A stretch of 64,000 nt of DNA from an uncultured delta proteobacterium (GCA_963812015.1 CAWETI010000003.1:2016001-2080000), one strand, 5' to 3'. Numbered from the stretch's first letter, positions 20,363 through 30,380 are shown. Notes: generated by a model not told the origin, from the sequence alone. Translations and numbers: made by a program.

Positions 20363-21700
20363 GTGCACTGCCAAACCTGCCAAACCGCAGAGGATGTTTT
20401 CCGCATTGTCCGGGATAAAGAAGTCAGTTTTATCCAGATTTGGTTCACCGACATCCTGGGAGTGTTGAAAAGTTTTTCCATTCGCCCTTCCGAACTGGAA
20501 GAGGCCATGACTGAGGGGATGGGATTTGACGGGTCCTCCATTGAGGGATTTGCCCGCATTCAAGAAAGCGACATGATCGCCAAGCCCGACCCCACCACCT
20601 TCCAGATCCTGCCCTGGCGCCCCGAGGAGAAACCCGTGGCCCGGATGTTCTGCGACATCCTACAGCCCGACGGCTCCCCCTACCCGGGCGACCCGCGTTA
20701 TGCCCTGAAGCGCATGCTGGCCAAGGCCGCGGAGAAAGGCTACACCAGTTATCTGGGACCGGAACTGGAATTCTTCTATTTCGCCGACAACACCAGCACC
20801 GAAGTCCTGGACCAGGGCGGCTATTTTGATGCCCCACCCCTGGACATGGCCAACGACCTGAGACGCCACACCATCTTCGGCCTGGAGAGCATGGGCGTGC
20901 GCATCGAGTATAGCCACCATGAAGTGGCGGCCTCCCAGCACGAAATCGACATGCGCTACGACGAAGCCATGCGTATGGCCGACAAGACCATGACCTTGAA
21001 GGCCACGGTAAAGGCCATCGCCATGGTCAACGGGGTCTATGCCACCTTTATGCCCAAGCCCATCTTCGGCATCAATGGCAGCGGCATGCACACCCACCAG
21101 TCCCTGTTCCTGGGCAACAAGAATGCTTTCCACGACGCCAATGACCAATACAACCTGTCGGCCACCGGCAAGAGCTACATCGCCGGCCTGCTGAAACATG
21201 CCCGGGAGATCACCGGCATCTGCAGCCAGTGGGTCAACTCCTACAAGCGGTTGGTGCCCGGTTACGAAGCCCCGGTGTATGTCGCCTGGTCCCGGCGGAA
21301 CCGTTCCGCCCTGGTGCGGGTGCCCATGTACAAGCCCGGCAAAGAAGCCGCCACCCGTTGCGAGTACCGCGCCCCCGATCCGGCCTGCAACCCCTACCTG
21401 GCCTTCACGGTGATGCTGGCCGCCGGACTCAAGGGCATCGAGAATAATTATGTGCTGCCCGAGCCGGTGGAAGTGGACATTTACCATCTGTCCCAAGCCG
21501 AACGCCAGAAGCTGAAGATCCAGGAGTTGCCCGGCAGCCTCATCGAAGCCGTCAACGAAGTGGAAAAGAGCGCCGTGGTCAAAGAAGCCCTGGGCGACCA
21601 TATCTTCAACAAGTTCATAGAAAACAAAAAGATCGAGTGGGACGCTTTCCGGATGCACGTGAGCGACTTCGAGATCGAGCGTTATCTGCCGATTATGTAA
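20363..21700 (+). CDS. glnA: Glutamine synthetase type I
   Basis: FDGSSIEGF, HHEVA, ATFMPKP, NGSGMHTHQS, NSYKRLVPGYEAP, NRSALVR, EYRAPD. Confidence 0.97.
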   Translation: MHCQTCQTAEDVFRIVRDKEVSFIQIWFTDILGVLKSFSIRPSELEEAMTEGMGFDGSSIEGFARIQESDMIAKPDPTTFQILPWRPEEKPVARMFCDILQPDGSPYPGDPRYALKRMLAKAAEKGYTSYLGPELEFFYFADNTSTEVLDQGGYFDAPPLDMANDLRRHTIFGLESMGVRIEYSHHEVAASQHEIDMRYDEAMRMADKTMTLKATVKAIAMVNGVYATFMPKPIFGINGSGMHTHQSLFLGNKNAFHDANDQYNLSATGKSYIAGLLKHAREITGICSQWVNSYKRLVPGYEAPVYVAWSRRNRSALVRVPMYKPGKEAATRCEYRAPDPACNPYLAFTVMLAAGLKGIENNYVLPEPVEVDIYHLSQAERQKLKIQELPGSLIEAVNEVEKSAVVKEALGDHIFNKFIENKKIEWDAFRMHVSDFEIERYLPIM

Positions 21701-21803
21701 CCGTCGCTTCATTGCCCGGCGACACTACAGATCGATAGATTAATCCAGTAGGCTGCGAGGAGGGTTTCCTCCTCCAGCCTACTTGTGCGCCCAGACGATT
21801 TTG

Positions 21804-21846
21804 CTACATTCTTGTAGTTTTATGGCATCAGATAACATATTTGCAG
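21804..21846. promoter_or_regulatory. Two putative activator sites upstream of amtB
   Basis: Perfect palindrome CTACA-TTCT-TGTAG (21804) and TAACA-TATT-TGCAG (21833). Confidence 0.55.
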
Positions 21847-22105
21847 TTTGCGGGAGGAATGGCATGAGGGGGCTTTTAACTCTGGCGGCATCGCCCGGCG
21901 GTCGGCGGGCCGCACGTTGGTCCTGTTGATGACCCCGCCCCTGACCTTTCTTCTCTGGCCGGCAACACGAGCAATCGCTAACCTCATCCACTAGGCGATG
22001 GGAGGTTTCCTTCTTCCAGCCCACTGGCGCGCCTAAACGCTTTTATTACAAACCTGTGGTTTTGTAACATCCGATAACAAATTTGGAGTTTGAAGGAGGA
22101 ATGAC

Positions 22106-23332
22106 ATGGGGGGGGCTCTTAACTCTGGCGACACCGCCTGGCTGTTGGTGTGCTGCTCGTTGGTCCTGATGATGACCCCGGCCCTGGCCCTCTTTTACGG
22201 AGGGATGGTGCGCCGGAAAAACCTGCTGTCCACCTTGACCCTGAGCTACATCTTTATGGCCCTGGCCGGAGTCCAGTGGGTCCTGTACGGCTACTCCCTG
22301 GCCTTCGGGACCGATATCGGGGGCTTGATCGGGGGGCTCAACTTTTTAGGGCTGCACGGCGTTGGGGCCCTGCCCAACCCTGATTATGCCAAAACCATCC
22401 CCCAGGGACTCTTCGCCGCCTTCCAGATGATGTTCGCGGTGATCACCCCGGCCCTGATCACCGGCGCCTTTGTGGAACGGGTGCGCTTCAAGTCCTTTTT
22501 GCTCTTCAGCCTGATCTGGATGACCCTGGTGTATGACCCCCTGGCCCACTGGGTCTGGGGCAAGGGCGGCTGGCTGGGCGCCCTGGGCGTCCTGGATTTC
22601 GCCGGCGGCACCGTGGTGCACATCGCCGCGGGCTACTCGGCCCTGGCGTTTGCCATGGTCATCGGCCCCCGGAAGGGTTTCGGCAAGATCCCCATGGAAC
22701 CCCACAATATCGCCTACACCGTTTTAGGAGCCGGGCTCCTGTGGGTGGGGTGGTTCGGGTTTAACGCCGGCAGCGCCCTGGCGGCCAACGGCGTGGCGGT
22801 CAACGCCCTCCTCACCACCAACACCTCCGCCGCGACCGCGGCCCTGGTGTGGATGGTGCTCAGCTGGCTGGATGGCCGCCCCAGCACCTTGGGTATAGCC
22901 ACCGGCATGGTGGTGGGCCTGGCGGCGGTGACCCCGGCGGCGGGTTTCGTTTCCCCCATGGCGGCCTGCTTCATCGGCGCCGTGGCCGCTCCCATCTGCT
23001 ATTATGCTATCCGGTTCCGGCAAAACCGCAACCTGGATGAGTCTATGGACGTCTGGGCCTGCCACGGCATGGCCAGCACCTGGGGCATGATCGCCACCGG
23101 GCTGTTTGCCACGGTGGAACTGAATAGCGCCGGGGCCAACGGCCTGTTCTACGGCAATCCCAAGCAACTGGGGCTCCAGTTCCTGGCGGTGGTGGTCACC
23201 ATGGCCTTCACCTTCGTGGTCACTTACGTGGTGGCCAAAGTGCTGGACATGAGTATCGGTCTGCGGGTCACCACCATGGAAGAAGAGGTGGGTCTGGACA
23301 TCAGCGCCCACGGTGAGAGATCGTACTCTTGA
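22106..23332 (+). CDS. amtB: Ammonium transporter
   Basis: GDTAW, FYGGMVR, FQMMFA, DFAGGTVVH, WFGFNAGS, final GLDISAHGE. Confidence 0.96.
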   Translation: MGGALNSGDTAWLLVCCSLVLMMTPALALFYGGMVRRKNLLSTLTLSYIFMALAGVQWVLYGYSLAFGTDIGGLIGGLNFLGLHGVGALPNPDYAKTIPQGLFAAFQMMFAVITPALITGAFVERVRFKSFLLFSLIWMTLVYDPLAHWVWGKGGWLGALGVLDFAGGTVVHIAAGYSALAFAMVIGPRKGFGKIPMEPHNIAYTVLGAGLLWVGWFGFNAGSALAANGVAVNALLTTNTSAATAALVWMVLSWLDGRPSTLGIATGMVVGLAAVTPAAGFVSPMAACFIGAVAAPICYYAIRFRQNRNLDESMDVWACHGMASTWGMIATGLFATVELNSAGANGLFYGNPKQLGLQFLAVVVTMAFTFVVTYVVAKVLDMSIGLRVTTMEEEVGLDISAHGERSYS

Positions 23333-23335
23333 TTC

Positions 23336-23406
23336 AACCGCCGATGAACGCGGCTAGACGCCGATCAAGATGAGTAAGACTCTCCATCGGCGTTTATCTG
23401 CGGCTA
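23336..23406. repeat. Short palindromic repeat between amtB and glnK
   Basis: AACCGCCGATGAACGCGGCTAGACGCCGAT ... ATCGGCGTTTATCTGCGGCT; 10-bp unit structure with an inverted copy. Confidence 0.55.
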
Positions 23407-23419
23407 AGAGGTTTTTGCC

Positions 23420-23806
23420 ATGCTAAAGAAAATCGAAGCCATTATTCGGGAAGACAAGCTCAACGATGTCAAGGAGGCCCTCCGGGAGATCGGCATCGTC
23501 GGCCTGAACGTCTTTGAAATCCGCGGCCACGGCCGCCAGGGCGGCATCACCCTGGTGGGCCGCTCCGGCAGCTACCAGGTAGATATGCTCATCAAGATTC
23601 AGCTCAACATCATTCTGAGCGAGGATAACCTGGAAGAGACCATCGAGACCATCCTCGACGCCGCCTCCACCGGCGAAACCGGGGACGGGCTTATCTTTGT
23701 GTTCCCGGTGGAGGAGGCCATCCGCATCCGCACCCGGGAACGGGGCCACGAAGCGGTGATGTACCCCGGGGATATCGACGAGCGCAAGCATCGCGACAAG
23801 ACTTAG
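23420..23806 (+). CDS. glnK: P-II nitrogen regulatory protein
   Basis: KKIEAIIR, GHGRQGG, TGETGDGLIF, IRIRT; follows amtB. Confidence 0.92.
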   Translation: MLKKIEAIIREDKLNDVKEALREIGIVGLNVFEIRGHGRQGGITLVGRSGSYQVDMLIKIQLNIILSEDNLEETIETILDAASTGETGDGLIFVFPVEEAIRIRTRERGHEAVMYPGDIDERKHRDKT

Positions 23807-23872
23807 GCCGCCGGGGGAATACCTGCAATTAATCACGGCGGGGATTCGCTTAATTTGTTGCAAGGAGCATAG

Positions 23873-23900
23873 TTGAATGACATAATATTTAATTTAGAAT
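23873..23900 (+). promoter_or_regulatory. Putative sigma70 promoter of the mvhD-like/glutamate synthase cluster
   Basis: TTGAAT-16 bp-TAGAAT in an AT-rich patch. Confidence 0.45.
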
Positions 23901-23987
23901 AATTTTTGTTTAGAGGCTGGAGGGGCCCTTTCCCTGGCCTCACCAATCCAGGGCCGGCCCTGGCCGGCCTTTTGAGGCAGACCATCT

Positions 23988-24407
23988 ATGGCAACGGAAG
24001 TGGTAGTCTTCGCCTGTCAGCAAGCCGTTCCGAACCCGGATTTTCTGAGAACCCAGTGGGGCAAGGAGAATATCCGGCTCCAGGTCCTTCCCGAACCCTG
24101 CAGCAGCAAGATCGAGGCCTTTCAGTTGCTCCGGACCCTGGCTACCCCCGCGGACTTGGTGTGGGTCATCGGCTGCGCCGAAGACCTCTGCCGCTATAAC
24201 GAAGGCAGCCACCGCCTGGGGAACCGCATCGCCTACACCCAGCGCTACCTGGAAGAGGTCGGGATGGACCCCGCCCGGGTGGGGCGCTCGGTGGTGGTTC
24301 CCGGGGACGCCCCTGGTTTGGCCGCGGTGGTGGCCGAAATCAAGGCAAAAGCCGAGGCCCTGGGACCCAGCCCGCTAAAAATATCGGGGAAAAAGGTAAA
24401 AAATTAA
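23988..24407 (+). CDS. Divergent MvhD/FlpD-family iron-sulfur protein
   Basis: VVVFAC, PCSSKI, ADLVWVIGC...CRYNEG, LEEVGMDPARV all match the MvhD pattern. Confidence 0.78.
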   Translation: MATEVVVFACQQAVPNPDFLRTQWGKENIRLQVLPEPCSSKIEAFQLLRTLATPADLVWVIGCAEDLCRYNEGSHRLGNRIAYTQRYLEEVGMDPARVGRSVVVPGDAPGLAAVVAEIKAKAEALGPSPLKISGKKVKN

Positions 24408-24492
24408 AACGGGGCAAGCCGGGGTAAAAGGCGAATGCCTGCTTTCCTCTTCGCCTTTTCCCCCTTTCGCCGTTTTCGCCGTTTTCGCCTTT
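24408..24492. repeat. Short-period purine/pyrimidine inverted tandem repeat
   Basis: GGGGCAAGCCGGGGTAAAAGGCGAA followed by TTCGCC(G/T)TT units; a similar element lies at about 56190-56260. Confidence 0.5.
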
Positions 24493-24516
24493 AAGGAATT
24501 TAATTCGGAGGAAGTT

Positions 24517-25935
24517 TTGCCAGAAAAATATCACATTCCGGTGCGTCGGGTGCCGCCCCGCTTCTCGCCCCCGGCCAAGACCACCATCATCGATTGGAAT
24601 GAAGGCTGCTTGCGGTGCGAGCGTTGCGTCAAACAGATCTGCCCGGTGGACGCTTACAAGAAACGGGATTTCGACCGGCGGCAGTTCGTCGACACCATTG
24701 ACGAGATGTGCCGGAGCTGCTACCGGTGTGTCCAGGGCTGCCCCCGGGAACTGGTCTTCAAGGCCCTGAACCCCCAGTACCGCCGTTTAGGCGACGACTA
24801 CTACACGCCGGAGATCATCGGCACCACCTGGTACCAGGCGGAGACCGGCAAGATCCCGGTTTCCGGCGCCGGCTACGGCGGCGTGTTCGCCGGCGAGGGC
24901 TTCGACTCCCTGTGGACCGACATGTCGGAGATCGTTCGGCCCACCCGGGACGGCATTCACGGCCGGGAGTACATCAGCACCTCCATTGACCTGGGCCGCA
25001 AGCCCATGTTTCTGGTCTTTGATGATCAGGGAGGTCTCCTGTTCGAGTCGCCGCCCCTCCTGGAACTCCCCTTGCCGGTAATCCTGGCGGAGCCGCCGGT
25101 GGGGGCGGACCCTGAACGGCTGCGGCAGATTCTCGCCGCCACGGCCCAAACCCTGGGCACCGTGGCGATCATCGCCCGGGACCGCATCTCTGCCGACCTC
25201 CTGGACGCCGCGGCCTCTCTGGTGCCGCTGTTCCCGGCCGGCAACCTGGACCTGGATGACCCACTCCTGTCCAAGGTCAGGGCCCTGTCCCTCACGGACC
25301 ACCCCAAGGTCATCAGCCAGATGGAAGCCGTCAAAAAGCGCCATCCCCACCTGATCGTCTGGATCAGGGTGCCCGCCGACCACCGGGCCTCGGATCGGGT
25401 GGCGGCCCTGGCGGTGGCGGGGGCGGAAGTCATCCACCTGGCGGCCACCGAAAAGGCCCGGGGGCTGGGCGACGCCGCCGACCTCCATCTTAAAGATTTG
25501 ATCCGCCGCGCCCACCTGAAACTTGTGGAGCACCAGCTCAGGGACGCGGTCACCCTCCTGGCCAGCGGCGGCATCGCCCTGGCGGAACACGTGGCCAAGG
25601 CCATCATCTGCGGGGCTGACGGCATCATCGCCGACATCCCTCTGCTCCTGTCCCTGGAGTGCCGCCTCTGCCGGGATTGCCAGAGCGGCGAGAAAAACCC
25701 CTGCCCCATTGAGCTGGAAAACCTCAACGTCAAGCGGGGGTCTCAGCGCATGGTGAACCTGGTGGGGGCCTGGAACAACCAGCTCTTGGAGATCCTGGGC
25801 GCCATGGGCATGCGGGAGGTGCGGCGTCTGAGGGGCGAAGTAGGCCGGGCCATGTTCAAGGAAGACCTGGATAAGGAGATCTTTGCGCCCCTGTTTGCCC
25901 GCCCCGAAGGAGAGACCCGGCGGGTAGGGGAATGA
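24517..25935 (+). CDS. Glutamate synthase FMN-domain-related protein with N-terminal ferredoxin; catalytic motifs degenerate
   Basis: WYQAETGKIPVSGAG, GFD, ASGGI, AKAIICGADG, CRLCRDC and MGMREVRRLRG are present. MSFGS, GEGG and QGAKPG are absent. Confidence 0.75.
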   Translation: MPEKYHIPVRRVPPRFSPPAKTTIIDWNEGCLRCERCVKQICPVDAYKKRDFDRRQFVDTIDEMCRSCYRCVQGCPRELVFKALNPQYRRLGDDYYTPEIIGTTWYQAETGKIPVSGAGYGGVFAGEGFDSLWTDMSEIVRPTRDGIHGREYISTSIDLGRKPMFLVFDDQGGLLFESPPLLELPLPVILAEPPVGADPERLRQILAATAQTLGTVAIIARDRISADLLDAAASLVPLFPAGNLDLDDPLLSKVRALSLTDHPKVISQMEAVKKRHPHLIVWIRVPADHRASDRVAALAVAGAEVIHLAATEKARGLGDAADLHLKDLIRRAHLKLVEHQLRDAVTLLASGGIALAEHVAKAIICGADGIIADIPLLLSLECRLCRDCQSGEKNPCPIELENLNVKRGSQRMVNLVGAWNNQLLEILGAMGMREVRRLRGEVGRAMFKEDLDKEIFAPLFARPEGETRRVGE

Positions 25936-25973
25936 AGAGATTGACTCATAATTGCGAGGTGAAATTTAGGATA

Positions 25974-26048
25974 AAATCCCCCTAAATCCCCCTTTAAGCA
26001 AGGTGGACTTTGAGCAACTCCCTCCTTTGCTAAAGGGGGGGGATTTTT
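25974..26048. repeat. C-rich/G-rich palindromic intergenic repeat
   Basis: AAATCCCCCTAAATCCCCCTTTAAGCAAGG ... CCTTTGCTAAAGGGGGGGGATTTT. Confidence 0.5.
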
Positions 26049-26100
26049 CGACTTCCCTGAATAATGGTTAGGGAAATATTAGCTTAGGATTGATTTCGAT

Positions 26101-27654
26101 ATGGCACAACCAAAGAAAGTAATTTCCATCGAGTCCTGGGCCCCGGGCCAACCCTGGGAGCCTGTCCTCACCCCGTCCCGATTTAAGAATGCTTTGAGCA
26201 AGCACCGGGTCTATCGCGACGAAGGCAAGTGCATCAAGTGCGGCCGCTGCGTCGAGGTCTGCCCCTATGGGGTCCACGCCAAGGCCGGGAATTACCTGCG
26301 CCGCCCCAAGAGCTACCGGTGCCTGGGCACGGTTTGCCAGAACAACGATTTTTACTGTGTCAAACAGTGCCCGGTCCAGGCCCTCCGGGTCAGCATCCAC
26401 CCGGTTTACAGCACGTTGGGCGACAGCCGCTGGACCCCGGACCTGCTCTTGAGCAACTGGTGGCAGGCGGAAACCGGCGCCCTGTCCTACATCGACCTGG
26501 ACTACCGGCTGGGTGGCTCCGGCGGCGGCTTCGATAAGCTGCGCTTCCTGTTTCCCAAGGCCCGGCCCGACTTCCAGTTGAGCCACGCCGACATCTCCCT
26601 GGATGTGGAAATCAACCGCCGGGGGGACGGCCGGCCTCAGATCAAGCTGTCGGTGCCCTGGTACGGCGGCGGCATGTCCTTCGGGTCGGTTTCCATCAAC
26701 ACCATCCTGTCCCGGATCCGGGCCGCGGTCCGCTTCAACACCATGGTGAGCACCGGGGAAGGCGGCTACCCTGAGGCGCTTTACCCCTATGACCATAACA
26801 TGGTCACCCAGGTGGCCACCGGACTCTTCGGGGTCCGGGAGGAAACCATCCAGCGGGTGCGGATGGTGGAATTCAAATATGCCCAGGGAGCCAAACCCGG
26901 CCTGGGCGGCCACCTCCTGGGGGACAAAGTCACTCCCTCGGTGGCCCGCATGCGGGAATCGGTGCCGGGCAGCGCCCTGTTTTCGCCCTTCCCCTTCCAC
27001 AGCGTCTACTCGGTGGAAGACCACAAGAAGCACATCGACTGGATCAAGGAGATCAATCCCAGGGCCCTGGTGTCCGTGAAGGTCTCCACCCCCACCGACG
27101 TGGATATGGTGGCCGTGGGCAGCTACTACGCCGGCGCCCACGTGGTGCAGTTGGACGGCAGCTACGGCGGCACCGGCGCCGCCCCGGACATCGCCAAGAA
27201 GAACATCGCCATGCCGGTGGAGTATGCCATTCCCAAGGTGCATCAGTTCCTCCGGGCCGAAGGCATCCGAGAACACGTCACCCTGGTCGCCTCCGGCGGT
27301 ATCCGTAACGCCTACGACATCGCCAAGGCCATCGCCCTGGGGGCTGACGCGGTCCAGATTGGCACCGCCGACCTGGTGGCCCTGGAATGCCTGCGCTGCC
27401 ACAACTGCGAGAGCGGCCGGGGCTGCGCCCGGGGCATCGCCACCACTGATGCGGAACTGGTGGACCTGATGACCGTCCAGTGGGGGGCCGATCGCATCAG
27501 CAACCTGTACTATGCCTGGAGCTGGCAATTGAAGGAAATCCTGCGCCGCCTGGGCCTCAGAAGCATCCGGGAGCTGGTGGGCCGCACCGACACTTTGGCC
27601 CACCTGGACTACTTCGACCGCCCGGTGGACGACGATTTGCGGCGGGGGGCGTAG
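26101..27654 (+). CDS. Glutamate synthase FMN-binding subunit (split type) with N-terminal ferredoxin
   Basis: MSFGS, TGEGG, QVATGLFG, EFKYAQGAKPGLGGHL, DGSYGGTGAAP, ASGGIR, CLRCHNCESGRGCARGIAT. Confidence 0.9.
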   Translation: MAQPKKVISIESWAPGQPWEPVLTPSRFKNALSKHRVYRDEGKCIKCGRCVEVCPYGVHAKAGNYLRRPKSYRCLGTVCQNNDFYCVKQCPVQALRVSIHPVYSTLGDSRWTPDLLLSNWWQAETGALSYIDLDYRLGGSGGGFDKLRFLFPKARPDFQLSHADISLDVEINRRGDGRPQIKLSVPWYGGGMSFGSVSINTILSRIRAAVRFNTMVSTGEGGYPEALYPYDHNMVTQVATGLFGVREETIQRVRMVEFKYAQGAKPGLGGHLLGDKVTPSVARMRESVPGSALFSPFPFHSVYSVEDHKKHIDWIKEINPRALVSVKVSTPTDVDMVAVGSYYAGAHVVQLDGSYGGTGAAPDIAKKNIAMPVEYAIPKVHQFLRAEGIREHVTLVASGGIRNAYDIAKAIALGADAVQIGTADLVALECLRCHNCESGRGCARGIATTDAELVDLMTVQWGADRISNLYYAWSWQLKEILRRLGLRSIRELVGRTDTLAHLDYFDRPVDDDLRRGA

Positions 27655-27664
27655 TAACGCGGCT

Positions 27665-27722
27665 GTAGGGGCGGACCCATGTGTCCGCCCGCATCAGGGC
27701 GCACACGCAGGTGCGCCCCTAC
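27665..27722. repeat. GTAG-type REP doublet
   Basis: GTAGGGGCGGACCCATGTGTCCGCCC...GGGCGCACACGCAGGTGCGCCCCTAC. Confidence 0.8.
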
Positions 27723-27743
27723 ATAAAAACATTGAGGATATAG

Positions 27744-30380
27744 ATGAAGTCTAACATCAATTTCAATAACCACTCGGGTCTCCAACTGCTGGACACCCGC
27801 CGGGACTTTACCTCGCCCTATCCCTCGGGCCGGGTGTATAAGGCCGATGAAGAAGGCGGCTGCGGGGTCACCGGCTTTGCCGCCAGTGTCCCGGTGGCCG
27901 GCCGCCACATCTTTCAGCCCTCGGTGCAGATGCACAACCGGGGCAACGGCAAAGGCGGCGGTATTGCCGCGGTGGGCCTGGATGCTGACACCCTGGGGGT
28001 CTCCCAGAAAATGCTGGATGATGATTACCTGATCCAGATCGCCTATCTGGACGCGGAGGTCCGGCCCACGGTGGAAGCCAGGTTCATCACCGATGTCTTC
28101 GTGGTGGATCATGCCCGGCACCAACCCACTATCGACGACTGGCGGGACTTGCCGGGTTTGATGGTCAAACCCCCGGAGGTCTGGCAATACTTTGTGCGGG
28201 TGAAGCCCCAGGTGCTGCAGCACTTCATCCAGCAACACAAGCTCTATGAGGTGCCCTGGCGCAAGGTGGAAGACGAATTCGTCGCCCAGACCTGCTACAA
28301 GCTGAACGAGGCCTATTACGCCTCCCTGGGCGAGAAGAAGGCCTTTGTGCTCTCCCAGGGGCGCAATATCATGATCCTCAAGATCGTGGGCTACGCCGAA
28401 GAGGCCGCCCTCTACTATCAACTCCTGGACTTCAAGGCCCACATCTGGATCGCCCATCAGCGCTACCCCACCCGGGGAAGGGTGTGGCACCCCGGCGGGG
28501 CCCACCCCTTCGCCGCCCTCAACACCGCCCTGGTGCACAACGGCGACTTCGCCAACTACTTTTCGGTGAGCGAATACCTGAGCCAGCGCCATTTTTATCC
28601 CCAGTTTCTCACGGACACCGAGGTGGCGGTCTTGACCTTCGACCTGTGGCACCGGCTCTACGGCTACCCCATGGAGTACGTCATCGAGTCCATGGCCCCC
28701 ACCACGGAGCGGGACTTCGACCTCCTGGACCCGGAGCGCCGGCAGATTTACCGCCATCTCCAGACCACCAACATCCACGGCTCCCCGGATGGCCCCTGGT
28801 TCTTCATCATCGCCCGCACCGATCCCGACCGGAACCGCTTTGAGCTCATCGGCATCACCGACACTTCCATGCTCCGGCCCCAGGTCTTTGCCCTGCAAGA
28901 CGGCGAGGTGCAGATCGGCCTGATCTGTTCCGAAAAGCAGGCCATCGACGCCACCCTGCAAAGCCTGGCGGCGGAGGACCCCCGGTTCTGTCCCGTGGCC
29001 GACCTCTATTGGAACGCCCGGGGGGGCAGCGCCACCGACGGCGGCTCCTTCATCTTTTCCCTGGAAGCCAACAACGGCAAGCGGGTCCTCTCCTGCCACG
29101 ACAAGTTCGGCAAGCCCAAAACCGTACCCTGGCACCAGCGGCCCTGGGACGGCACCCGGCTGGAAATTACCGTCAGCGAAGAATCGGAAATAACCCGGAT
29201 CATCAAATCCCACCTGGAGGACGCCAGCGGCCAAAAACTCTTCCAGTGGGTCAAAGGACACGTCCCCATCTGGTCTTATGCCGGTTTTCGAGAAGCCCTG
29301 GAGGTGACCGCGGCCTTGGCCAAAGCCAGCGATGGTCCCAAGGCCGCAGCCCTCAACGGCCTGACCCTGGTTTTGGACTGGCGCTACGATCCGGGGGACA
29401 AGAAGCGGAGCCATTTGCAGCAGCTGCTCATGGAGAGCCTGACCGGGATCTTTCAGGCGACCCCCCCCGTGGGCGACCCCCATCCCAGCCGCTACCGCTG
29501 GGTCGATTGGGAGACCCGGGACCGCCTTACGTCCCCGCCCCGGAAGGATGCGGTGCTGGTCCTGGATGCCGCCGGCTTTCCTCCGGAAGGGGATAGCTGC
29601 GATGCCCGCTTCCTGTGCCGGGCCTTTGAGTTGGGGTGGAGACAGTTCCTCATTTACGGCTACAAGGGCCAACGCTTCCTGGGCTGCGGCTTCGGGGCCG
29701 ACACCGATGAGGTCCGCATCGACGCCTATGGCAGCACCGGCGACTACCTGGCCTCGGGGATCGACGGCATGTCCCTCTATATCCACGGCAACGCCCAAGA
29801 CCAGTTGGGCCAGATCATGAAGCGGGGCAAGTTGGTGGTTTACGGCGACGTGGGCCAGACCTTCATGTACGGCGCCAAGGGCGGTGATGTCTACGTCATG
29901 GGCAATGCCGCCGGCCGGCCTTTCATCAACGCGGTGGGCCGCCCCCGGGCGGTGATCAACGGCACCGCCCTGGACTTCCTGGCCGAATCCTTCATGGCCG
30001 GCAACCCCCATGCCGGGGGCGGTTTTATCATCGTCAACGGTCTGGAGTTCGACACCCGGGGGCGCATCCGCCCCCAGCGCACCCCCTATCCCGGCGGCAA
30101 CCTCTTTTCCCTGGCCTCGGGGGGCGCCCTTTACATGCGGGACCCTTACCGCCAGGTGGTGGAGGAGCAGTTGAACGGCGGCGAGATCGTGCCACTGACG
30201 GCCGCGGATTGGGACCTCATCCTGCCCTACCTCCAGGAAAACGAGCGGCTCTTCGGCATCTCCATCGAAGAAGACCTGCTCACCGTGGAAGGGCGCCTGC
30301 AGGCCCCGGATCAGGTTTACCGCAAGGTCCAGTCCGTCAAGCTGGCGGTCCTCACCCAGGTGGAGGACTCCTGGGAATAG
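27744..30380 (+). CDS. Glutamate synthase subunit: class II glutamine amidotransferase fused to GXGXG (GltB C-terminal) domain
   Basis: EEGGCGVTG (Ntn Cys), MHNRG, AHQRYPT, GAHPF, VHNGD, TDTEV; C-terminal GQRFLG, GDYLASG, GDVGQTFMYGAKGG repeats. Confidence 0.9.
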   Translation: MKSNINFNNHSGLQLLDTRRDFTSPYPSGRVYKADEEGGCGVTGFAASVPVAGRHIFQPSVQMHNRGNGKGGGIAAVGLDADTLGVSQKMLDDDYLIQIAYLDAEVRPTVEARFITDVFVVDHARHQPTIDDWRDLPGLMVKPPEVWQYFVRVKPQVLQHFIQQHKLYEVPWRKVEDEFVAQTCYKLNEAYYASLGEKKAFVLSQGRNIMILKIVGYAEEAALYYQLLDFKAHIWIAHQRYPTRGRVWHPGGAHPFAALNTALVHNGDFANYFSVSEYLSQRHFYPQFLTDTEVAVLTFDLWHRLYGYPMEYVIESMAPTTERDFDLLDPERRQIYRHLQTTNIHGSPDGPWFFIIARTDPDRNRFELIGITDTSMLRPQVFALQDGEVQIGLICSEKQAIDATLQSLAAEDPRFCPVADLYWNARGGSATDGGSFIFSLEANNGKRVLSCHDKFGKPKTVPWHQRPWDGTRLEITVSEESEITRIIKSHLEDASGQKLFQWVKGHVPIWSYAGFREALEVTAALAKASDGPKAAALNGLTLVLDWRYDPGDKKRSHLQQLLMESLTGIFQATPPVGDPHPSRYRWVDWETRDRLTSPPRKDAVLVLDAAGFPPEGDSCDARFLCRAFELGWRQFLIYGYKGQRFLGCGFGADTDEVRIDAYGSTGDYLASGIDGMSLYIHGNAQDQLGQIMKRGKLVVYGDVGQTFMYGAKGGDVYVMGNAAGRPFINAVGRPRAVINGTALDFLAESFMAGNPHAGGGFIIVNGLEFDTRGRIRPQRTPYPGGNLFSLASGGALYMRDPYRQVVEEQLNGGEIVPLTAADWDLILPYLQENERLFGISIEEDLLTVEGRLQAPDQVYRKVQSVKLAVLTQVEDSWE

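Noticed and set aside
22025..22041. Sigma54 promoter for amtB (TGGCGCGCCTAAACGCT)
   Set aside because: GG to GC spacing is 11 nt, not the required 10.
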